NCBI GenBank assembly: GCA_014192065.1 | Contig: BJHH01000003.1 | Location: 248,751-312,750 of the forward strand | DNA from: Gemmatimonadota bacterium | GTDB taxonomy: Bacteria; Gemmatimonadota; Gemmatimonadetes; Gemmatimonadales; Gemmatimonadaceae | Direction of reading: 5' to 3' | Length of the DNA: 64,000 nucleotides | Shown here: positions 9,738 through 18,080 of the stretch, one piece after another | Numbering within the stretch: the first letter of the stretch is position 1 | Layout: every line of letters starts with the position of its first letter | The notes under the pieces: model-generated | Told to the model about the DNA's origin: nothing | What the model saw: only the letters and a program-made list of their open reading frames with translations | Databases searched by the model: none | Program-made: the position numbers and the translations under genes

Positions 9738-10939
9738 CAGAGTGCCCCGAGGTGGCCGAGTTTGCGCCGCTTCGTCTCGATATAGTCGGCACTCTCGTGC
9801 GAATCCGGCGCGATGAGCGGCACGCGATCGTGCACCAGAAGTCCGTAGCCTTCGAGCCCCACCAGTTTTTTCGGATTGTTCGTCAGGGGGCGGATTCCGG
9901 TGAGGCCGACGTCGAGGAGGATCTGCGCGCCGATGCCGTAGTTCCGGAGGTCAGGAGCAAAGCCCAGCTTTTCGTTGGCCTCCACGGTGTCGGCGCCAGC
10001 GTCCTGCAGTTGGTATGCCTTGAGTTTGTTGAGCAGTCCGATCCCGCGACCTTCCTGGTCGAGGTAGACGATTACGCCGCGGCCTTCCTTCGCGATGCGC
10101 TCCATCGCGGAGTGCAGCTGCCAGCCGCAGTCGCAGCGCGCTGAGTGAAAGACGTCGCCCGTCAGGCACTTGGAGTGCATGCGGGCGAGGACATCACTCT
10201 TGCCGACAACGTCGCCGAAGACCAGCGCCACATGTTCGTGGTCGTCCACGTCGTTGCGGTAGCCAATGATGCGAAACTCGCCATACTCGGTCGGGAGCCG
10301 CGCCTCGGCGACGCGATGCACGAGCCGTTCCGTACGCAGTCGGTACGCGACAAGCTGGGCGACCGTGATGAACGTCAGCCCGTGTTGCTGCGCGAACGCT
10401 TCGAGTTGTGGGCGCTTGGCCGTTGCCCCGTCGTCGTTGAGGATTTCGCAAATCACGCCGGCCGGCTGCAGGCCCGCCAAGCGCATGAGATCGACCGCCG
10501 CCTCCGTGTGTCCAACACGTTGCAGCACTCCGCCCTCTCGGGCGCGCAGCGGATGCACATGCCCTGGGCGGCGAAGATCCGTGGGCACCGCCTGCGGATC
10601 GGCCGCTGCACGAATCGTCGCGGCCTGGTCGGACGCGCTGATGCCGGTCGTCACGCCGAAGCGGGCCGCGGCGTCGACCGTGACGGTGTACGCGGTGCGC
10701 ATGGCGTCGGTGTTCTCGGCGCCCATCATCGGGAGGTCGAGCTGCTGGATCTTTTCGGGCGAGAGCGCCAGACAGATCATGCCCTTGGCGCCCATCAAGA
10801 AGTTGACCTTCTCGGCGGTGATGAACTCGGCCGCCGCAATCAGGTCGCCCTCATTCTCGCGGTCCTCGTCGTCGGCTACGACGACGAACTTGCCCGCCTT
10901 CAGTTCCTCGATCGCCTGCTCAATCGTTCCGAATTTCAT
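9737..10939 (-). CDS. ribBA: Bifunctional 3,4-dihydroxy-2-butanone-4-phosphate synthase / GTP cyclohydrolase II
   Basis: 400 aa from ATG 10939 (MKFGTIEQAIEELKAGKFVVVADDEDRENEGDL). The C-terminal half has the GCH-II motifs (RMHSKCLTGDVFHSARCDCG, YLDQEGRGIGL). Confidence 0.93.
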   Translation of the reverse strand: MKFGTIEQAIEELKAGKFVVVADDEDRENEGDLIAAAEFITAEKVNFLMGAKGMICLALSPEKIQQLDLPMMGAENTDAMRTAYTVTVDAAARFGVTTGISASDQAATIRAAADPQAVPTDLRRPGHVHPLRAREGGVLQRVGHTEAAVDLMRLAGLQPAGVICEILNDDGATAKRPQLEAFAQQHGLTFITVAQLVAYRLRTERLVHRVAEARLPTEYGEFRIIGYRNDVDDHEHVALVFGDVVGKSDVLARMHSKCLTGDVFHSARCDCGWQLHSAMERIAKEGRGVIVYLDQEGRGIGLLNKLKAYQLQDAGADTVEANEKLGFAPDLRNYGIGAQILLDVGLTGIRPLTNNPKKLVGLEGYGLLVHDRVPLIAPDSHESADYIETKRRKLGHLGAL

Positions 10940-10994
10940 ACAGTCACCGGCCTGCGCGCCAAGTCGACCCCGCGGCGCGCCGGGCCGTTCCTTG

Positions 10995-11615
10995 TCAGAG
11001 TGGGTCCTGCATCGAGTCCATCGACGATAGCGAACCAGTCGCCAGCCGCTGGACATACTTCGCGATCAGATCGACTTCCACCTGCACACGGCTCCCTACG
11101 ACGAGTTCACGCAGCGTCGTGTGCCGGAGCGTGTATTCCACGAGCGAGAGCTGCACGACGGCCGGATCGCGGAGCGCGTTCACGGTGAGACTCACGCCGT
11201 CGATCGTGATCGATCCATGCGGCACGACGAACGGCGCCAACGCAGCGGGTAATGCCAGCGTGACAAGCCAGGCGTCACCGGACTGCTCCACTTCGGTCAC
11301 CTCGGCGACCGTGTCCACGTGACCGAGCACGTAGTGGCCACCGAGCCGGTCTGATGCGCGTAGCGCCCGCTCGAGATTGAGCCGGCGCGCCGCTTGCCAG
11401 TCGGCCATCGCGGTGCGCTGGAGCGTCGTGGTCACCGCCGCGGCGGTGAACCAGCCAGCCCCGCATTCGCGCACCGTGAGGCAGGCCCCATTGACGGCAA
11501 TTGACTCACCCGGCGCGAGATCGTTCCAACCGCACCGCACGCGGAATTCACGGCCCGCCGCTGTCGCGGTGACCCGGTCAATAGTTCCGACGTCGGTTAC
11601 AAGGCCAGTGAACAT
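10995..11615 (-). CDS. ribE: Riboflavin synthase alpha chain
   Basis: 206 aa. The MFTGLVTDVGTI start and the duplicated GxSIAVNGxCLTV / GSITIDGVSLTV barrels are present. Confidence 0.9.
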   Translation of the reverse strand: MFTGLVTDVGTIDRVTATAAGREFRVRCGWNDLAPGESIAVNGACLTVRECGAGWFTAAAVTTTLQRTAMADWQAARRLNLERALRASDRLGGHYVLGHVDTVAEVTEVEQSGDAWLVTLALPAALAPFVVPHGSITIDGVSLTVNALRDPAVVQLSLVEYTLRHTTLRELVVGSRVQVEVDLIAKYVQRLATGSLSSMDSMQDPL

Positions 11616-11625
11616 CGCGTGAAGG

Positions 11626-12720
11626 TCAGGTACGTGGCGCAGTCGGGTCGTAGATGGTCATGACGTCAGGGCCAAATCGGCGCTTTGCGACTACGCGGAA
11701 CCTCTCAAGCAACGATGCGTCGTCGAACGCGGCGATCGCCCCGGCGCCAAGGCCTCTGGGTGCCCGAAAGATAACCACCCGGTCCACGAGGCGGGCCCGG
11801 AGAAACGCCGCCGCGAGGATCGGCCCGCCCTCCACGAACAGGGACCGAACGTCGCGTTGGGCAAGCAGTTGCAGCGCCCGCTTGATCGACCGGGCTCGGA
11901 TGACCTCGACGCCCGTCCTGAAGAGCGCCAGTTCGCGCGCGGCGGACGGCTTTGCCGCGATGACGACCGTCGGTACCAACTCGGCGGTCGCAGCGAGGTG
12001 GGATTTGAGTGGCAGCCGGCCTCGACGGTCGAAGACTACGCGAACGGGCGGGACGCGCGGTGGCTTTCCCAGACGAACCGTGAGTGTAGGGTCGTCGGCG
12101 ATGGCGGTGCCGATTCCGACCGCGATCGCGTCCGATTGCGCACGCAGCCGGTGCACTGCTCCGTCCGCCGCGAGGCTCGTGATTTTCGCTCGCTTCCGTC
12201 CCTTCGCGCCGACCGCACCGTCGGCTGACAGGGCGAGCTTGAGCGTGACCCATGGCCTGCCCGGATTGCTGAACGCAAAGAAGAAGGGCGCGTTGAGCTC
12301 GCGCGCGGCCTGCTCCTCCAATCCAATCTCGACCGCGATTCCTGCGCGCCGCAGCTGTCGGGCTCCACCACCAGAGACCGTGCCTGGGTCGCGCGTGGCG
12401 CAGACAACGCGTGCCACGCCGGCTGCGATCAAGGCGTCGGTGCATGGCGGAGTCTTCCCCCAATGGACGCAGGGTTCGAGGGTGACGAACACCGTCGCGC
12501 CGCGCGCCTGCTTCCCGGCCTTGGCAAGCGCCATCACCTCGGCGTGCGACCCACCGAACTGTGCGTGCCATCCCTCGCCGACGATCCGTCCGCCGCGAAC
12601 GATGACGGCGCCAACCATTGGGTTTGGCGCCGTCTGACCCCAGCCGCGGCGGGCCAGGGTAAGCGCGCGCTGCATCCATGCGCGCTCACGCTCCACTCCT
12701 GCCTGGCGGCGGGAGCTCAC
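11626..12720 (-). CDS. ribD: Bifunctional diaminohydroxyphosphoribosylaminopyrimidine deaminase / 5-amino-6-(5-phosphoribosylamino)uracil reductase
   Basis: Deaminase motifs HAEVMAL and PCVHWGKTPPC, followed by a reductase domain. My preferred start is GTG 12720..12718, 4 nt after the stop of the upstream beta-barrel gene. The ORF-track ATG at 12771 would overlap that gene by 47 nt. Confidence 0.9.
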   Translation of the reverse strand: MSSRRQAGVERERAWMQRALTLARRGWGQTAPNPMVGAVIVRGGRIVGEGWHAQFGGSHAEVMALAKAGKQARGATVFVTLEPCVHWGKTPPCTDALIAAGVARVVCATRDPGTVSGGGARQLRRAGIAVEIGLEEQAARELNAPFFFAFSNPGRPWVTLKLALSADGAVGAKGRKRAKITSLAADGAVHRLRAQSDAIAVGIGTAIADDPTLTVRLGKPPRVPPVRVVFDRRGRLPLKSHLAATAELVPTVVIAAKPSAARELALFRTGVEVIRARSIKRALQLLAQRDVRSLFVEGGPILAAAFLRARLVDRVVIFRAPRGLGAGAIAAFDDASLLERFRVVAKRRFGPDVMTIYDPTAPRT

Positions 12721-12724
12721 CGAA

Positions 12725-13699
12725 CTAGAACGCGATGCGGAGCCCACCGGAGAGGTAGGTGCGGGGGCCATCCGCCGGTTTGTCGAACCGGTTGGTCAGG
12801 GTACCCATCGATCCGCCCGACACTTGCCCGGCCTCGGCGACCAGCTTGAAAACCAAGAGGTTGATCGTCGCGCCGACGAACAGGTTGGTGCGGGTCATGC
12901 TCATCGAGGCCTTCCCGCTGGCACTCTGCCCGCTGACGGTCGCGGCGATGTTGGCAGACGACGAGTAGGTGTCCTGGCCGATACCGGCCTGCACACCGAA
13001 GATCAGCAGGTTCTTAGCGGCCACGAGGCGAATCGCCGTCGTCTTCACAGAGAAGTCGTTGAGCGCCAATGTCCCGCCCACTGACCCAGCGCTGCCAGAC
13101 GAACTACCGACCAACGATACCGTGGGCAGGTCGCGCTGGAGATAGCTCACGTAGAGGCCCGGCGTCACGATGGTTTCGTCGAGCAGGCCGACGCGAACAC
13201 CGTAGCCAAGCTTCAGGTTGCCGTCCTTGGCCTTGATTGAGAAATCGCCGCCCTCACCCGCAACGTCCGGGAGGTACAGCGCACTGATGATGAGGTCGAC
13301 CGCGCCAATGTGCGTGGCACCGAGATTCAACCCTTTGTACAGGCCGAGCGCGGCGTCAACGCCAGCTCCAGGCACCGGCCGAAAGTCCACCGCGTAGAGT
13401 TGCGGCGTGTCGTTGAGATTGAAGCCTTTGTCCGCGACATTCGGAATGCCGCCATTGATGACGGCTGTGCCGCGGATGCTGACCGCGAACCGACCGAACC
13501 CGCCGAGCGCACCGCTCTGACCGAGCGTGCTGCTACCGCCCGCGATGGCCGTGGCCAGCTGCGGGGTCATGTAGTTGACGAGATCGACAGAGGCCTTGCA
13601 GGCCTGACGTACCTGGATCGGCGCCGACGAACACTGCGCCGCGGCAGTGCCGGCGACCGTGACCGAGAGACCCATGATCGTGAACAGCGATGATTTCAT
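12725..13699 (-). CDS. Hypothetical outer-membrane beta-barrel protein
   Basis: 324 aa from ATG 13699 (MKSSLFTIMGLSVTVAGTAAAQ signal peptide). Gly/Ser/Thr-rich with alternating hydrophobic pattern and a C-terminal ..YLSGGLRIAF ending in Phe, the classic OMP C-terminal signature. No family recognised. ATGA overlap with the purM stop. Confidence 0.55.
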   Translation of the reverse strand: MKSSLFTIMGLSVTVAGTAAAQCSSAPIQVRQACKASVDLVNYMTPQLATAIAGGSSTLGQSGALGGFGRFAVSIRGTAVINGGIPNVADKGFNLNDTPQLYAVDFRPVPGAGVDAALGLYKGLNLGATHIGAVDLIISALYLPDVAGEGGDFSIKAKDGNLKLGYGVRVGLLDETIVTPGLYVSYLQRDLPTVSLVGSSSGSAGSVGGTLALNDFSVKTTAIRLVAAKNLLIFGVQAGIGQDTYSSSANIAATVSGQSASGKASMSMTRTNLFVGATINLLVFKLVAEAGQVSGGSMGTLTNRFDKPADGPRTYLSGGLRIAF

Positions 13700-14745
13700 C
13701 GCGAAGCTCCTCGGTTGAGGATCACGCGACCCGAGCCCGCGACGAGGGTGCCAACCTTCCACGCCGGGATACCACCGTTGAGAGCACTCGCGCACACCGC
13801 CTCAGCACCTGCTTCGTCGGTGGCGACGATCAACCCTATGCCCATGTTAAAGGCGCGGAACATCTCGGCGTCCGAGACACCACCTGCCTCCTGCAAGACG
13901 CTGAAGACGTTTGGAACGTCCCACGAGCGCGTATCCACGTGGGCATCGAGTGTCGGTGGAAGCGCCCGATCGAGGTTACCCAGAATGCCGCCGCCCGTGA
14001 TATGGGCCATGGCGTGCACCTGTGGCAACACCGGCTTCATCACCGCTAGGTAGGAGCGATGGATGGCGAGGAGGACGTCGGCCACCGACTTGCCGTCGGC
14101 GCCGGGGAACGCATCGTGCGGGCCGATCTTGAGCCGGTCCTGAACGATTTTGCGGGCGAGCGAATAGCCATTGGTATGGAGGCCCGAACTCGCGAGCGCA
14201 ACGAGCGTGTCGCCTTCGCAGGCGCCGTCGCGCGAAATCACACTGGCCTCCTCGACTGCTCCCACGATGAATCCGGCGAGGTCGTAATCCGGCGGCGTAT
14301 ACAGGCCGGGCATCTCGGCGGTCTCGCCGCCGACGAGCGCGCAGCCATTCTCGCGGCAGCCGTCCGCGACGCCGCGCACAATCGCCTCGACGGTCTCGGG
14401 CACGAGCTTACCGAACGCGACGTAGTCCAGGAAGAACAACGGCACGGCCCCCTGCACCAGAATGTCGTTGACGCAGTGATTCACGAGATCGTGACCGACG
14501 GTGTCGTGGCGCCCGGCTTCGATCGCGACCTTGATCTTGGTACCGACGCCGTCCGCGCTCGACACGAGCAGCGGTTCCTTGAGTTCTTTCGGCACGCGGA
14601 ACATGCCGCCGAAACCGCCGAACGCGCCGCGTGTACCAGCCGTGAAGGTGCTCTCGACGAGCGCCTTGATGCGGTGCTTACTGTCATCGGCGGCGTCAAT
14701 ATCAACGCCTGCCGAGCTGTAGCTGAGTGGAGGCCACTTGGTCAC
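13696..14745 (-). CDS. purM: Phosphoribosylformylglycinamidine cyclo-ligase (AIR synthetase)
   Basis: 349 aa from GTG 14745..14743 (VTKWPPLSYSSAGVDIDAAD). Contains the DGVGTK and GGETAEMPG motifs. The ORF-track start (14826) overlaps the upstream gene. Confidence 0.93.
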   Translation of the reverse strand: MTKWPPLSYSSAGVDIDAADDSKHRIKALVESTFTAGTRGAFGGFGGMFRVPKELKEPLLVSSADGVGTKIKVAIEAGRHDTVGHDLVNHCVNDILVQGAVPLFFLDYVAFGKLVPETVEAIVRGVADGCRENGCALVGGETAEMPGLYTPPDYDLAGFIVGAVEEASVISRDGACEGDTLVALASSGLHTNGYSLARKIVQDRLKIGPHDAFPGADGKSVADVLLAIHRSYLAVMKPVLPQVHAMAHITGGGILGNLDRALPPTLDAHVDTRSWDVPNVFSVLQEAGGVSDAEMFRAFNMGIGLIVATDEAGAEAVCASALNGGIPAWKVGTLVAGSGRVILNRGASR

Positions 14746-14749
14746 GCGT

Positions 14750-15661
14750 TCACACCAGTGCGTCGACTGAGACCAGCCGGTGAAACTCGGCAACGCGCCG
14801 CGCAATGTCATCCGACCCGATCTCAAGCAGTCGAGTGATCGAAAAGCCCTCGACCACGAACGAACCCATCACCGAGCCGTACACGACGGCGCGGCGCAGA
14901 TTCGCTTCGCTCAGGTCGTCGGTCTTCGCGAGGTAGCCCATGAACCCTCCGGCGAAAGAATCGCCCGCCCCGGTCGGATCGAAGACCGAATCGAGCGGGT
15001 AGGCAGGGGCAAAGAAGACACGGTCCGCATGGAACATGAACGCACCGTGCTCACCCTTCTTGATGACGACGGTCTTCGGACCGCGGGCCATGATCCAGCG
15101 GGCCGCGCGCACGAGGTTGGCTTCCCCCGTGAGCTGGCGCGCCTCCGCGTCATTGAGCGTGATGAGGTCAACCTTGCCGAGCAGTTGGATCAGATCGTCG
15201 CGGCGGCTCTCGATCCAGAAGTTCATCGTATCACAGGCGACGAGCTTGGGCTTGTCGACCTGGCTCAACACTTCGATCTGCAGGCGCGGATCGATGTTGC
15301 CGAGGAAAACGTACTTGGCCCGTTTGAACTGCGCGGGGATCTTCGGCCGGAAATGTGAGAACACGCCGAGGCGGGTTTCGAGCGTCTCAGCAGAGTTGAG
15401 GTCATGGCGATAGCGTCCGCGCCAGCGGAACGACTCCCCGTCGGCCTGCTCAAGCCCCGAGAGATCCACGCCGCGCGCTTCGAGGACGCGGAGTTTGTCC
15501 ATCGGGTAGTCGTTGCCAACCACTCCGACGAGTTGCACCGGCGTGTGATGTGACGCGCTCGCTGCAAAATATGTCGCTGAGCCACCGAGGGCGTCGTCCG
15601 CACGACCGAACGGCGTTTCGACGGAATCGAGAGCGACGGAGCCGACAACGAGGACTGTCAT
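14750..15661 (-). CDS. PfkB-family carbohydrate/nucleoside kinase
   Basis: 303 aa from ATG 15661 (MTVLVVGSVALDSVETPFG). The C-terminal DPTGAGDSFAGGF motif is typical of the ribokinase/PfkB superfamily. Substrate not inferable. Confidence 0.8.
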   Translation of the reverse strand: MTVLVVGSVALDSVETPFGRADDALGGSATYFAASASHHTPVQLVGVVGNDYPMDKLRVLEARGVDLSGLEQADGESFRWRGRYRHDLNSAETLETRLGVFSHFRPKIPAQFKRAKYVFLGNIDPRLQIEVLSQVDKPKLVACDTMNFWIESRRDDLIQLLGKVDLITLNDAEARQLTGEANLVRAARWIMARGPKTVVIKKGEHGAFMFHADRVFFAPAYPLDSVFDPTGAGDSFAGGFMGYLAKTDDLSEANLRRAVVYGSVMGSFVVEGFSITRLLEIGSDDIARRVAEFHRLVSVDALV

Positions 15662-15719
15662 GAGGCGCGGTGGGCGGGCGACGGGGAAGGAGCGAGCTGG
15701 TGAAAGACGATCGGCGGAA

Positions 15720-17408
15720 TCACATCCGCTCCGGCGCCGAGATGCCGAGCACGGCGAGCGCATTCGCGACGACGATACGACTCGCCTTGGCCAGTGCCAA
15801 CCTCGCGTGCATCACGTCGGCGTCCTCGACCAATACGTGGTGTTTGTGGTACCAGAGGTGAATCAGGCGGGCGGTTTCGTGCAGCCAGTTCGCCACGCGA
15901 TGTGGCTCGAGTGCATCGGTCGCGCCGGCCACGAGCGACGGCCAGTCGAGCAACGCCTTCACGAGTTCGCGTTCTTCCGGCTCGGCGAGGCGGTCCCACG
16001 CGAGTCCGGCACCAGTAATGGTGGCCATGTCGATGTTGCCGACGCGGAAAATTCCCGAAAGCCGAGCATGGGCCATCTGGATGTAGTACACCGGATTCTC
16101 TTCCGACTGCGAGCGCGCCAGGTCCACGTCGAACACGAGCTGACTCTCGCCCTTTCGCATCAGGAAGAAATAGCGCACCGCATCGCGACCGACTTCGTCT
16201 ACGAGGTCGCGGACGGTGACGTAACTGCCAGCGCGCTTGGAGATTTTCACCTCTTCGCCGCTCTTCATTACCGTGACCATCTGGTGCAGCACGTACTCAG
16301 GATACCCCTTGGGGATGCCCATCTCGAGTGCTTGCAGCCCAGCGCGCACGCGCGTCACGGTGCTGTGATGGTCCGCGCCCTGCACGTCGATAGCGCGCGC
16401 GAACCCGCGCTGCCACTTGGTGACGTGGTAGGCCACATCGGGGACGAAGTACGTCGGCTCCCCACCCTTCTCCGGACTGCGGCGCATCACGCGGTCCTTA
16501 TCGTCACCGAAATCGGTGGTGCGCAGCCAGAGCGCGCCGTCCTGCTCGAAGGCATGACCGGCTTTGACGAGCTCCCGCATCGTCTTCTCGACCCGCCCCT
16601 CAGTGTAGAGCGACGACTCGAGGTAGTAGACGTCAAACTTGACGCCAAACGCCTTGAGATCGGCGTCCTGCTCTGCACGGAGCGCCGCGACGGCAAACTG
16701 CCGCACATCGTCGCGCAACCCGGCATCGCCAGACCACGCGGTGCTCATCGATTCGCGCGCCGCTTCGATCGATGTCGTGCGCTCCTGCGCGCGTGCCGCG
16801 ACGAACGCGGCGGCGACGTCTTTCACATACTCGCCGTGGTACAGATCTTCAGCGAGCGGAGCGTCCATCATGCGGCCGTAGACGCTGTCGCAGAGGCGTT
16901 CGATCTGACCGCCACCGTCGTTGTAGTAGAACTCGCGGGTCACCGCCCAGCCAGCCTGCGCGAGCAGCGACGCAATCGCATCGCCGAGCGCGGCCTGCCG
17001 ACCATGTCCCACGTGGAGCGGACCGGTGGGATTCGCGGACACGAACTCGACGTTGACTGGCTTGCCCTCGCCGCTATTGCTCCGTCCGAACGCTTCACCC
17101 TGGTCCAGCACACCTTGCAGCCCGGACGCGAGATGCGCGGTGTCAAGGTGAAAGTTGATAAAGCCCGGCGCGGCAATGGATGACTCCGCAACGCCGGCTG
17201 CCGCCGGATTCATCTCGGCGAGCAGCGCCCTGGCCAACTCCTGCGGCTTCCTGCCGAGCTGTTTCGCGAGCGCCATCGCGGCATTGGTCGCCCAGTCGCC
17301 GTGCGCGCGGTCACGCGGGCGGGCGAGCGAGGGCGCAAAACCCTCGGGCGCACCAATGGCGTGGGCGGCCCGCGTTACCTCAGCACGGAGTTTGTCTTCG
17401 GCGCTCAC
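15720..17408 (-). CDS. argS: Arginyl-tRNA synthetase
   Basis: 562 aa. Class I motifs SANPTGPLHVGHGR (HIGH) and a C-terminal anticodon-binding (DALR) domain ending ISAPERM. The GTG start overlaps the stop of the upstream zinc-ribbon gene (GTGA). Confidence 0.95.
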   Translation of the reverse strand: MSAEDKLRAEVTRAAHAIGAPEGFAPSLARPRDRAHGDWATNAAMALAKQLGRKPQELARALLAEMNPAAAGVAESSIAAPGFINFHLDTAHLASGLQGVLDQGEAFGRSNSGEGKPVNVEFVSANPTGPLHVGHGRQAALGDAIASLLAQAGWAVTREFYYNDGGGQIERLCDSVYGRMMDAPLAEDLYHGEYVKDVAAAFVAARAQERTTSIEAARESMSTAWSGDAGLRDDVRQFAVAALRAEQDADLKAFGVKFDVYYLESSLYTEGRVEKTMRELVKAGHAFEQDGALWLRTTDFGDDKDRVMRRSPEKGGEPTYFVPDVAYHVTKWQRGFARAIDVQGADHHSTVTRVRAGLQALEMGIPKGYPEYVLHQMVTVMKSGEEVKISKRAGSYVTVRDLVDEVGRDAVRYFFLMRKGESQLVFDVDLARSQSEENPVYYIQMAHARLSGIFRVGNIDMATITGAGLAWDRLAEPEERELVKALLDWPSLVAGATDALEPHRVANWLHETARLIHLWYHKHHVLVEDADVMHARLALAKASRIVVANALAVLGISAPERM

Positions 17409-17899
17409 GAGTCGGACTTGCCAGTGGAGGGCGGCGGCGCCTTCGCTTCGGCCGGCTTGGCCACTGCTTTCGGTGAAGCGGCATCCGCTCCAGGGGCCGA
17501 CTTCGATCCGTCGCTTTTCGATCCGTCGCTCTTCGGCCCGTCGCTCTTTGATCCGTCGCTCTTTGATCCGCCGCTCTTTGATGCGTCGCTCTTTGATGCG
17601 TCGCTCTTTGATCCATCGCTCTTTGATCCGTCGCTCTTTGATCCGTCGCTTTTCGTGACATCACTCGCGAGAGCGCTGGACGCCGCCGTTGCGCCCCGTT
17701 GGTCCTTCTTGCCGTCCTTGCCGTAGTCTGTGATGTAGAACCCGGAACCCTTGAATACGAGTCCGCCACCGGCCGAGATTTTGCGCTCCGCAGTGGCGCC
17801 ACAGCTGGGGCACGGCAACTGGCCGCTGGCCACGCTGATGCGCTGCACGAAGTGCTCAAAGTCGTGCCCGTCCGGGCACCGATATTCGTAAGTCGGCAC
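17405..17899 (-). CDS. FmdB-family zinc-ribbon protein with low-complexity (SKSDG)n C-terminal tail
   Basis: 164 aa from GTG 17899..17897. VPTYEYRCPDGHDFEHFVQRIS..LPCPSCGATAERKISAGGGLVFKGSGFYITDY is the canonical FmdB/CxxC_CxxC_SSSS zinc ribbon. A Ser/Lys/Asp-rich repeat tail follows. The ORF-track start (18160) is over-extended. Confidence 0.75.
   Translation of the reverse strand: MPTYEYRCPDGHDFEHFVQRISVASGQLPCPSCGATAERKISAGGGLVFKGSGFYITDYGKDGKKDQRGATAASSALASDVTKSDGSKSDGSKSDGSKSDASKSDASKSGGSKSDGSKSDGPKSDGSKSDGSKSAPGADAASPKAVAKPAEAKAPPPSTGKSDS
17505..17654. repeat. 15-bp tandem repeat, ~10 copies (plus-strand consensus gatccgtcgctcttt), coding
   Basis: Read directly. Ten head-to-tail 15-nt units carry a few point variants (gatgcg, ggcccg, gatcca, gatccgccg). 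They encode SKSDG/SKSDA/SKSGG pentapeptides in the minus-strand zinc-ribbon gene. Confidence 0.9.
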
Positions 17900-18080
17900 G
17901 GCGAAATTGAGGTCGGCTGAGGAGAACGGACACTCGCGCCGTGGCGGCGCGATCACTCTCGAGAATTTACCCGCGCGGAGGGCCTGACGGGAGGTCACAG
18001 CACGGTCCGCTACGGCATGCGGATCGCGAGCCCGAAGTGAATCAGGGGTGAACGGGCCTACTCCCCCGAACCACGTTCCG

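Noticed and set aside
15660-17183. 507-aa plus-strand ORF antisense to argS
   Set aside because: Same reasoning. argS on the minus strand has class I synthetase motifs, and the antisense product is low-complexity and Arg/His-rich.
17505-17654. Possible CRISPR array (regular short repeats)
   Set aside because: The units are directly adjacent 15-mers with no spacers and lie inside a coding frame. No cas genes are present in the window.
17155-17658. 167-aa plus-strand ORF ending in RRSLIRRSLI.. repeats
   Set aside because: This is the mirror-frame reading of the 15-bp tandem repeat. The minus-strand frame is continuous with a bona fide FmdB zinc ribbon and overlaps argS in operon fashion.
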